A stretch of 64,000 nucleotides of DNA from Bacteroidota bacterium (GTDB lineage Bacteria > Bacteroidota > Bacteroidia > Bacteroidales > VadinHA17), in assembly GCA_003250475.1 (NCBI GenBank), contig QKGI01000074.1, positions 3,101 through 67,100 on the forward strand, in the 5' to 3' direction. The position numbers and the translations under genes were made by a program. The notes beneath the pieces were generated by a model. The model ran no database searches, was not told the origin of the DNA, and saw only the letters and a program-made list of their open reading frames with translations. Shown here piece by piece: positions 56,235-64,000 of the stretch (within the stretch, counting starts at the first letter, position 1; each line of letters starts with the position of its first letter).

Positions 56235-56320
56235 TTTCAGACAAAAAAATAACCGCAGCCTTTATAGGCTGTATGGCAAAAGTAGATTTTTTTACCGGTT
56301 GAGCTCCGGTAATATGGAGA

Positions 56321-56842
56321 TTATTGGGCTTTGCCTTTGAAAGTTTTCATGAAATCCTCGTAGCTCTGCTTCTGCCAGCTGGTGCCGGCAAAATACATAA
56401 GCATGGGTTCAATCTGCACCGGGGTCTTATATCCTGATACGGGCGTAATAAGCTCGCTGTCAGCGGTAAGGAAGACTACGGTAGGGTAGCCCATGTTTCC
56501 CTGGAGGAGAGCATATGCAAGCTGATGGGTTTTGCCAAGGCTTCCGTCGTTGATGAATTTCCTTCCCTGGAAGGTCACCGGATCTTTCCCTTCAGCATTG
56601 AATTTAACAGCATAGTATTTTGTGTTGAGGATTTCTGCAATAACCGGATTGGAGAAAGTGTCTTTGTCCAGTTTTTTACACCAGCCGCACCAGTCAGTAT
56701 ATGCATCGACGAATATAGGACGCGGATTCGATTTGGCAAGCGCAGCAGCCTCCTCTATCGAATACCATTTAACTGCTCCGGCCTGGCTGTAAAGAAGCAT
56801 AGCCGGAGCTGCAAGTAAAAGTCCAAGGATTAGTTTCTTCAT
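56321..56842 (-). CDS. Exported thioredoxin-family protein (DUF255/SoxW-like)
   Basis: Signal peptide, YTDWCGWCKKLD, VKFNAE, cis-Pro GYPT. Confidence 0.9.
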   Translation of the reverse strand: MKKLILGLLLAAPAMLLYSQAGAVKWYSIEEAAALAKSNPRPIFVDAYTDWCGWCKKLDKDTFSNPVIAEILNTKYYAVKFNAEGKDPVTFQGRKFINDGSLGKTHQLAYALLQGNMGYPTVVFLTADSELITPVSGYKTPVQIEPMLMYFAGTSWQKQSYEDFMKTFKGKAQ

Positions 56843-56912
56843 GTTTTATAGATAATTACGATTTATTTTACTTCCTGAAATTTGATTGTGCAAAAATAGC
56901 AAATCAGTTCTA

Positions 56913-56938
56913 TAACGAAAATAATGCCACAAAGTTCA
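56913..56938 (-). promoter_or_regulatory. Putative ECF sigma promoter in tandem with a primary-sigma -7 element
   Basis: Minus strand TGAAC-N16-CGTTA; TATTTTTG at 56891-56898. Confidence 0.5.
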
Positions 56939-57021
56939 GGTGTCATGTTTTTGGCATCGATTATTGGAATGATTTTTTATACATTTACAGACCTTCAATT
57001 TTTACTACTTAATAACTGATT

Positions 57022-58404
57022 ATGGAAAAAATACGCAAAACCCTTGCTGACTCCAAAGCAGCGAGATGGACTGCCCTGGCAGTTGTAGCCTTTACCATGC
57101 TATGCGGTTACTATCTGACCGATGTCATGGCTCCACTCAAAACCATGCTTGAGCAACAGCTTTCATGGACCAGCAACGAATATGGAAACTTCACAGGGGC
57201 CTATGGATGGTTCAATGTTTTCCTGCTGATGCTCATTATCGGAGGTATCATTCTTGACAAAATGGGAGTGAGGTTTACCGGCAAGCTGGCAACCATCCTG
57301 ATGGTAGTGGGTACGGCAATCAAGTTCTGGGCTTTGCAGACACATGCACTTGACGGTCATGTGCTGCTTGGCATGAAAACTCAGGTCTGGGTTGCCGGTC
57401 TAGGTTATGCTACTTTTGGTGTCGGCGTGGAGACAGCGGGGATTACGGTTTCTAAAATTATAGTAAAATGGTTTAAGGGCAAGGAGCTTGCCCTTGCTAT
57501 GGGCCTCGAGATGGCCACGGCAAGGCTGGGTACCATGCTTGCCCTTCAGACTTCAGCGCCCATAGCGAAAGCAATGGGTCATGTATCTATGCCTGTGCTT
57601 ATGGCTATGATACTTCTCTGTATTGGCCTGATCGCCTTTTTTATCTATTGCGGAATGGACAAGAAGCTTGATGAGTCAAGGGAGATTGCAAACAAGGATT
57701 TTCCTGTCGAGGAGGAGGAGAGCTTTAAGCTTAAGGATATAGGATTCATACTAAAAAACAAAGGCTGGTGGTATATTGCCATTTTATGTGTGCTCTTCTA
57801 TTCGGCCGTATTCCCATGGATCAAATATGCCGCTGACCTGATGGTCAACAAGTTCAATCTCTCTCCCGAAACGGCGGGGTTGATACCGTCACTTCTGCCT
57901 CTCGGCACAATGGTACTCACTCCTTTCTTCGGTAACCTCTATGACCGTAAGGGCAAGGGTGCAACAATTATGATCATTGGCGCAGTGCTTATCATCTTCG
58001 TCCATGCCATGTTCTCCCTGCCGGCAGTGAACAAGCCCTGGATGGCTGTCATTCTGGTAATAATCCTCGGAATAGGCTTTTCTCTCGTACCATCTGCCAT
58101 GTGGCCCTCAGTGCCAAAGATCATACCTGAAAGACAGCTCGGGACAGCATACGCTTTGATCTTCTGGGTACAGAACTGGGGACTGATGGGCGTACCTATT
58201 CTGATAGGCTGGGTGCTTCAGAAGTTCTGCATCACAGGCTCGCACATCATTGACGGAGTGTCGGTCCCGACATATAATTATACTTTGCCTATGATGATCT
58301 TTGCAGCATTTGGAGTGGTGGCACTCCTCTTTGGCTTCCTGCTCAAAGCTGAAAACAGGAAGAAGGGATATGGCCTGGAGATGCCCAATATTGTAAAAGA
58401 ATAA
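57022..58404 (+). CDS. MFS transporter, MFSD1-like
   Basis: About 12 TMs; GGIILDKMGVR, WFKGKELALAMG, WPSVPKIIPERQLGTAY. Confidence 0.9.
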   Translation: MEKIRKTLADSKAARWTALAVVAFTMLCGYYLTDVMAPLKTMLEQQLSWTSNEYGNFTGAYGWFNVFLLMLIIGGIILDKMGVRFTGKLATILMVVGTAIKFWALQTHALDGHVLLGMKTQVWVAGLGYATFGVGVETAGITVSKIIVKWFKGKELALAMGLEMATARLGTMLALQTSAPIAKAMGHVSMPVLMAMILLCIGLIAFFIYCGMDKKLDESREIANKDFPVEEEESFKLKDIGFILKNKGWWYIAILCVLFYSAVFPWIKYAADLMVNKFNLSPETAGLIPSLLPLGTMVLTPFFGNLYDRKGKGATIMIIGAVLIIFVHAMFSLPAVNKPWMAVILVIILGIGFSLVPSAMWPSVPKIIPERQLGTAYALIFWVQNWGLMGVPILIGWVLQKFCITGSHIIDGVSVPTYNYTLPMMIFAAFGVVALLFGFLLKAENRKKGYGLEMPNIVKE

Positions 58405-58421
58405 TCAAATCAAAATAAATT

Positions 58422-59879
58422 ATGAGTGATATTAAGAATCTTGAACCTAAGCTTTTATGGAAATATTTCCATGAGATAACACAGATACCGCGCCCCTCGA
58501 AGAAGGAGCAGAAGATGACGGAGTTCATGAAGAAGTTCGGCCTTGATAACGGACTCGAAACCATTGTTGACAAGACAGGTAATGTTATCATAAGGAAGCC
58601 GGCAACCAGTGGAATGGAAGACCGTAAGGGAATCATCCTCCAGGGACATCTTGACATGGTTCCGCAGAAAAACTCTGATAAGAAATTCGACTTTGAAAAA
58701 GACCCTATCGAGACCCGGATTGACCAGGGCTGGGTGAAGGCAAATGGTACTACCCTCGGCGCTGATAACGGCATGGGTGTTGCCGCTGCCATGGCTGTGC
58801 TGACAGATCCAAAGTTAGTTCACGGCCCCGTTGAGGCTCTCTTCACTGTTGACGAGGAGACCGGAATGACCGGTGCCAAGAACCTCAGGAAAGGTGTTCT
58901 CAAGGGAGAGATACTGCTGAACATGGACTCTGAAGACGAAGGTGAACTCTATGTGGGTTGTGCGGGAGGTGTCGATGTAAGCGCAACAAGAAGCTATAAG
59001 CAGGAGAAAACTCCGGCAGGAATGACAGCTTACAAGCTGGAGCTCAAAGGTCTGAAAGGAGGCCACTCAGGTCTTGATATTCATCTCGGGAAGGCAAATT
59101 CCAATAAGCTTATGTTCAGGTTCTTCCAGCAGGCAGAACATGATTTCGGGATGCGGATCGCCGACTACCGCGGAGGCGACCTGCGTAATGCAATCCCCCG
59201 TGAAGCTTTTGCAACGATAGCAGCACCGACAATCAGGAAAGCCGAGTTTGAAAAGTTCATTAAGGGTTATGAGAAGATGTACAGGTCTGAATTTATGGAT
59301 GTTGACCCGGATATCAGGCTGACGGCAAAAGAATGTGAGCTGCCGGCCATGGTCATGAATGAGGGAGATCAGTACAGGATAATCAGGGGTGTTTTTGTCT
59401 GCCCAAATGGGGTCCAGAGGATGAGCACAAGTATGCCCGGTGTTGTAGAGACTTCAAATAACCTGTCTGTCGTCAGGATCGGTGAAGGCCAGTTTGAGGC
59501 TTACTGCCTGACAAGGAGCTCGGTGGAGACAGCCAAGGAGGCTACAGCATGGAAAATAGCGGCCGGCTTCCAGCTCGCGGGTGCAGAGGTAACTCTCTCG
59601 GGCAACTACCCGGGATGGAACCCCAATATGAACAGTGCTATCCTTGTCACAATGAAGGATACCTATAATAAACTATATGGTAAGATTCCCGAGATTAAGG
59701 CCATTCATGCCGGGCTGGAGTGCGGAATTATTATGGGACCGTATCCGAAGCTTGACTCTATCAGCTTCGGACCAACCATCCGCTACCCTCACAGTCCTGA
59801 TGAGAAGGTGGAAATTGCCTCGGTTGAGAAGTTCTGGAACTTCCTTGTAGCTACTCTCAGGAATGCTCCAAAGGCGTAA
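58422..59879 (+). CDS. pepD: Aminoacyl-histidine dipeptidase (M20C)
   Basis: QIPRPSKKE, LQGHLDMV, TTLGADNG, TVDEETGM, GGHSG, HAGLECG, HSPDE. Confidence 0.95.
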   Translation: MSDIKNLEPKLLWKYFHEITQIPRPSKKEQKMTEFMKKFGLDNGLETIVDKTGNVIIRKPATSGMEDRKGIILQGHLDMVPQKNSDKKFDFEKDPIETRIDQGWVKANGTTLGADNGMGVAAAMAVLTDPKLVHGPVEALFTVDEETGMTGAKNLRKGVLKGEILLNMDSEDEGELYVGCAGGVDVSATRSYKQEKTPAGMTAYKLELKGLKGGHSGLDIHLGKANSNKLMFRFFQQAEHDFGMRIADYRGGDLRNAIPREAFATIAAPTIRKAEFEKFIKGYEKMYRSEFMDVDPDIRLTAKECELPAMVMNEGDQYRIIRGVFVCPNGVQRMSTSMPGVVETSNNLSVVRIGEGQFEAYCLTRSSVETAKEATAWKIAAGFQLAGAEVTLSGNYPGWNPNMNSAILVTMKDTYNKLYGKIPEIKAIHAGLECGIIMGPYPKLDSISFGPTIRYPHSPDEKVEIASVEKFWNFLVATLRNAPKA

Positions 59880-59911
59880 GGATTCCTGGTAGAGGCTACC
59901 GGATATAACAA

Positions 59912-59946
59912 AGGAGCAGGTCATACAGACCTGCTCCTCTTTTTTT
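59912..59946 (+). terminator. Intrinsic terminator after pepD
   Basis: Stem aggagcaggtc/gacctgctcct followed by a T-run. Confidence 0.85.
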
Positions 59947-60019
59947 GTGCTGTTACCGGATTACAATAAATAATGTGGCCATGCTTCGGCGCTTGCCATG
60001 CCCGGGATATTCACATGCT

Positions 60020-62695
60020 TCAGAACACAAGCACTATCTGTTGCCGTTCTCTTGATGTCCATGCCTGTATTCCTTCAGCTTTTTGCCAGACATCATTATC
60101 AGGATCACCTGCCTCTATCGTATAAGGACCGTAGAAAAACACTCCCGGCTGATATGAGTTGCCGCTGATCCTGAGGTTATAGATCATCTCGCCGGTACTT
60201 TCACTGATGACCCTGATGACCGGGTCTGACAATCCTCTTGTAACCACTTCCGGCAACCACCCGACAATCCTTCTGCCATAGTTATCTGCCTGTTTAATGT
60301 TTACCGGCCATCCGGGGAATGGCTTATCCCTGTCAGGGTCAGCATAACCGGGCCAGTTGACAAGTTCTATCTCCCTGGTGGTCCTGTTAAAAGTGACAGA
60401 GCTGTAGCCGGTGACCAGCTCGTTGTGTCTTGTGGGGGATACCTTGCTTTTATGCGGGTTGGCTACAGCATATACCGTCATCTTGTTACCGAATCCGTCG
60501 CTGAATTCTCCTGTATAGGGAGGGGCACTGTCAATTCTGTTCCTGCCGGGCACCGGGGGAAACCATCTTCTCGGGAAATAATTACCTGAAGCCGGTGAGA
60601 CGATTGCGTAACCGGCATCGCCCCAGCTGTCAGTGCCATATTGAATTGTTGATGGCAGGTGCTGGTCGCCGCAGATGTGGACGGCAAATGCCTTACGGAT
60701 TATTTTCAGGGCTTTGTTACGCCCACTCTGGGGCCATCCGTCGGAGTCAAAATCGGCGATAATCTTGTCACCTTCGACATAGCTGCCTGAGTCGGGTATC
60801 TCCAGGTATCTTACAACAGCATCGCTTGTTGCAGAATCAGGCAGTGTAGCCAGGTTTGCCCAGAGTGTCTGTGACAGCACTGCCTTCATCCATGTTTTAC
60901 CTGTCCAGTCTTCTGCCCACTCCCTGAGAAAAGAATACTGGCGGTCGCCAAGGAGCGTTGCCTCTTCCGTGTCAGCCTGTCTCGCAGGGTTCCAGTATGG
61001 GTTCTGCACCCAGCCGTTAACTATCGCGGCGGCCGGCAGCAGCCCGGCAGGTGCCGATTTGAATTTACGGTCCTCTATGATTGCCATGCTTACTCCGCCA
61101 ACGTTACACTCTGTGAAGTAGACACCTATCCCTTGCTCCGCCGGTTGAGGGTCAAAGGGGTCGGGCAGGTGACTGGTCTGTGTCTTCTGAACCATATTTA
61201 CAAAACGGGCCGGCATGCGGTAACCGCCAGCATCCTGTGCAGCAGCTCCCGCCAGTCCGGGAGGAGTTGGTCTGCCTCCGCATCCCCACAGGTTACCCTG
61301 GTAAACATCATGGTCATCAGGGATGGTCACTGAGGGGATTGTGGTTGTCAGGTCGCGGTAAGTATAACACCACAGATACCATTTGTACAGATAATCCTCA
61401 ATGGCCTCTTTCCCGAACACGGCAGCAGTGGGAGAGGCGCTCTCATATACCTGGTCGCCTGCAAAGAACAGCATATCGGGCTTCTGCTTTATAAGGTTCA
61501 TTGTCATCCGGGTATGAGGGTAAAGGACAGCCCATTCGAAGGGGAAGTATCCTGCATCAATACCTGCCCACCTTTGCGGGTCAGGCCTGATGACCTGTTC
61601 GATGCAGGATAATGACAGGATCTTAATTTTCTCTTTCCCTACCGGGTCATGTTTTACTATTCCCTTGAGGGTGTTGACAGAGCCTTTGCCGAAGATGTAA
61701 CGGGCTACCAGCCGGTATGGCCGGTCTTCACTGCCACGGAAATCCCTGAGAACGAATTCCGCAGTATAGGATGGTGTATCAACGGCAGCACTGGCTACTG
61801 TCTGCCACCTGCCCTCGTCGGTGAACTGAAGCTCCACTGAGTCGCAAATCTCTTTTGTGACAGGCATGAGCTGAGCCGTCATTTTCAAAGTGCCCCTGCT
61901 CAGGGTATATTGTGCTGTGACTATCGGGCCTGTATTTCTTTCCCTGTGACTAAGCAGACGAGACCCTCTCACCTCCCAGTGAGCGAATGAGAAAGTACTG
62001 TTGTTCTCTCCCTTTCCCGGGTGATGAGAGACAAGCGCGATGTTGCCTGTCAGCCTGTCCGAGCGGATGCTCAATCCGCTGATCTCTGAGATTATACGCT
62101 TTGAGGATGGATCGATAGCCATAACGTTAAGTTCAGCCATTCCATTATCACCCTTCACCACTGTTATCCTGAGAAGAGTCTCCTCCCAGTCGGCTATCCC
62201 CTTCTCAGCATATGCGGGATAGGTCTTTTCACTATCCAGGTCACGGACAAACACTTTACCTCCGCCATCTATACCCGCAAACAGCCCGGCACCTTCTCCC
62301 CATGAATGGAATATGAGGCTTGCAGAGCGGTAGTCGAGGGCCGGTCCGGCGCCGATCAGCACCCCGGCAGCTTCTTCGATGCCGTTTTTACCCCTGTCAG
62401 TTGTCCTGCGTATCTTTACCAGGGTTATAAGATTACCCTCCTCGGGGCCAACCCTGCGTGTCATCAGGTGAACGGTCCTCAGTGGAAGATTCCCGGTACA
62501 GGTAAGCCATCCGTTATGCACTTCCCAGTCGGCAAGCCTGTTGGCCCACAGATCAGGACCGGCCCACCTGCTGTCAGGGTACTTTTCCCATGAAGATAAA
62601 TAGCCGTTGCCGGAGAAGCGTGTGCATGAAGTGAAAAGGATCATCAATACCATCATCGCCACTGATGATATGATGAAACTGCCGTTTCTTTTCAT
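60020..62695 (-). CDS. PhoD-like (alkaline phosphatase D family) metallophosphoesterase lipoprotein with N-terminal beta-sandwich extension
   Basis: Lipobox FTSC, FAGDQVYE, PDDHDV, EDRKFK, DSDGWP, CGDQH. Confidence 0.82.
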   Translation of the reverse strand: MKRNGSFIISSVAMMVLMILFTSCTRFSGNGYLSSWEKYPDSRWAGPDLWANRLADWEVHNGWLTCTGNLPLRTVHLMTRRVGPEEGNLITLVKIRRTTDRGKNGIEEAAGVLIGAGPALDYRSASLIFHSWGEGAGLFAGIDGGGKVFVRDLDSEKTYPAYAEKGIADWEETLLRITVVKGDNGMAELNVMAIDPSSKRIISEISGLSIRSDRLTGNIALVSHHPGKGENNSTFSFAHWEVRGSRLLSHRERNTGPIVTAQYTLSRGTLKMTAQLMPVTKEICDSVELQFTDEGRWQTVASAAVDTPSYTAEFVLRDFRGSEDRPYRLVARYIFGKGSVNTLKGIVKHDPVGKEKIKILSLSCIEQVIRPDPQRWAGIDAGYFPFEWAVLYPHTRMTMNLIKQKPDMLFFAGDQVYESASPTAAVFGKEAIEDYLYKWYLWCYTYRDLTTTIPSVTIPDDHDVYQGNLWGCGGRPTPPGLAGAAAQDAGGYRMPARFVNMVQKTQTSHLPDPFDPQPAEQGIGVYFTECNVGGVSMAIIEDRKFKSAPAGLLPAAAIVNGWVQNPYWNPARQADTEEATLLGDRQYSFLREWAEDWTGKTWMKAVLSQTLWANLATLPDSATSDAVVRYLEIPDSGSYVEGDKIIADFDSDGWPQSGRNKALKIIRKAFAVHICGDQHLPSTIQYGTDSWGDAGYAIVSPASGNYFPRRWFPPVPGRNRIDSAPPYTGEFSDGFGNKMTVYAVANPHKSKVSPTRHNELVTGYSSVTFNRTTREIELVNWPGYADPDRDKPFPGWPVNIKQADNYGRRIVGWLPEVVTRGLSDPVIRVISESTGEMIYNLRISGNSYQPGVFFYGPYTIEAGDPDNDVWQKAEGIQAWTSRERQQIVLVF

Positions 62696-62702
62696 TATTT
62701 AG

Positions 62703-63233
62703 CTATTTGACGGTTATCTCCGCTAAGATATCATCTTTCATGACATTCTGGCCGGTTTTAACCCCTATTCTCGTAACTGTGCCGCTGACAACTGATTGTA
62801 TCTCATTCTGCATCTTCATGGCTTCCAGTATTACAAGAGCCTCCCCCCGCATCACTTCGGAGTTTTCCCGCACAAGAACGTCTATGATCTTTCCGGGCAT
62901 CGGTGCCCTGACCACCAGCGTGGTGCTCTTTGCCTTTCCGGTACCCAGCACTTTCCTGCGTTGCATCGACACAGGTGTCTCAACCGTGAATATGTGGCCT
63001 ATATCGTTGAACAGGATTTCATACCTGTTCTGTTTGGTACGTACAATCTCAACAGGGTAACGCCTGTTCTTCCATAATACATGAACACCGTATTTTTCGT
63101 CCTCACGCAGTTCAACACTGTATTCCCTCCCGTTGACTTTTATTATATTCTTCAGTGGCAGGGTAAAGGAGAACTTATGACCCTCGTTGGAAAGGGCATA
63201 TAACTTTTTTATCGTCGGCTTATCAGGCTTCAT
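62703..63233 (-). CDS. Biotin carboxyl carrier protein
   Basis: APMPGKI and EAMKMQNEI biotinylation motif. Confidence 0.93.
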   Translation of the reverse strand: MKPDKPTIKKLYALSNEGHKFSFTLPLKNIIKVNGREYSVELREDEKYGVHVLWKNRRYPVEIVRTKQNRYEILFNDIGHIFTVETPVSMQRRKVLGTGKAKSTTLVVRAPMPGKIIDVLVRENSEVMRGEALVILEAMKMQNEIQSVVSGTVTRIGVKTGQNVMKDDILAEITVK

Positions 63234-63243
63234 GGTACTTCGG

Positions 63244-64000
63244 TTAGAATTGAGTAAGTCTTTTTCTGAGCAGCCAGGGTGTCAGCTCCCGGCCCTGGTC
63301 GAAACTGATATTGTTCTTTTTCTCCGAGAGGTTTTCCTCAATAAATAGTTTTGTGGCCAGCCATGCGGCAATGGTCTCCTCATATTCACTGCTGGCGTGG
63401 TATTTCTCAAGCTCTTTTTCAATGAAGGATGTTGTGAAGGTCCCCTCCTGGAAGATGTGATTGCGCATGAGCATCCTGAAGAAAGGCAGTGTGGTCTTTG
63501 TCCCCTTGATCCATACTTTGTCAAGTGCCATCTTGGTGTTCTTTACAGCCTGCCTGCGGTCAGCACCTGTGACGATCAGTTTTGCAATCATTGAGTCATA
63601 TGAAGCCACGATTGATGATCCTGCCCTTACACCGGTGTCAACACGAACACCAGGCTCCTCAGGAAAGCTTATCTTCTCAATCCTGCCCGGTGAAGGCGCA
63701 AACCCGGCCTGCACATCCTCCGCATTTATCCTGCACTCTATAGCCCACCCCGAGAGCTTTATATCTTCCTGCTTCAGTGCCAGTGGCTCTCCGGAGGCAA
63801 TCCTTATCTGCTGTTCAATGAGGTCGATGCCGGTAATCATTTCAGTTACCGGGTGCTCAACCTGTATCCTGGTATTCATCTCCATGAAGTAGAAATTCCG
63901 GTCGGAGTCCAGCAGGAACTCCACGGTGCCGGCGGAGTAATACCCGACAGCACGGGCTATCCTGACAGCTGTCTCTCCCATAGTTTTCCTGAGCTGCTCG
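63244..64000 (-). CDS. Biotin carboxylase subunit of an acyl-CoA/pyruvate carboxylase (5' end outside window)
   Basis: AGTVEFL, EMNTRIQVEHPVTE, IECRINAED, YDSMIAKLI; the frame stays open to the window edge. Confidence 0.93.
   Translation of the reverse strand, partial: EQLRKTMGETAVRIARAVGYYSAGTVEFLLDSDRNFYFMEMNTRIQVEHPVTEMITGIDLIEQQIRIASGEPLALKQEDIKLSGWAIECRINAEDVQAGFAPSPGRIEKISFPEEPGVRVDTGVRAGSSIVASYDSMIAKLIVTGADRRQAVKNTKMALDKVWIKGTKTTLPFFRMLMRNHIFQEGTFTTSFIEKELEKYHASSEYEETIAAWLATKLFIEENLSEKKNNISFDQGRELTPWLLRKRLTQF

Noticed and set aside
56941-56980. TGGCAT/TGGAAT motifs upstream of the MFS gene as a sigma-54 promoter
   Set aside because: No GC at the required GG-N10-GC spacing
20545-62695. 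Phosphate regulon (PiT/DUF47, PstS-like, PhoD-like)
   Set aside because: The genes are tens of kb apart, I found no PHO-box-like repeats upstream, and the PstS-like gene belongs to the Ton locus
1-64000. Many short antisense or out-of-frame ORFs in the track; mobile elements, prophage or defence island
   Set aside because: The short ORFs lie inside well-supported genes and have no motifs. I saw no transposase, integrase or phage genes and no obvious compositional shift.

Overview
This 64 kb window is a gene-dense chromosomal segment of an anaerobic Bacteroidota bacterium, probably Bacteroidales-like. The basis is TAnnTTTG promoter elements in front of many genes, a T9SS-type cargo protein, SusC-like N-terminal domains, IorAB and DPP III. 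It holds about 50 CDS, mostly housekeeping, envelope and peptide-catabolism genes. I saw no rRNA, tRNA, CRISPR array, transposase or integrase. All product calls come from motif recognition by eye, not database searches. The best leads are: (1) a divergent pair of an atypical ssb and a Cys4 zinc-finger gene, separated by a helically phased CGTTT direct-repeat array and followed by a ~119-nt rod-like hairpin, which is a candidate undescribed regulatory module; (2) a PstS-like/TPR/ExbB/ExbD/ExbD/TonB operon with a near-consensus sigma-54 promoter; (3) two related short-unit repeat arrays in inverted orientation that bracket a 6.7-kb block; (4) a SRAP protein ending in a beta-clamp-like motif; (5) an MFSD1-like transporter coupled to the dipeptidase pepD; (6) an apparently complete 3-ketoglycoside catabolic gene set.
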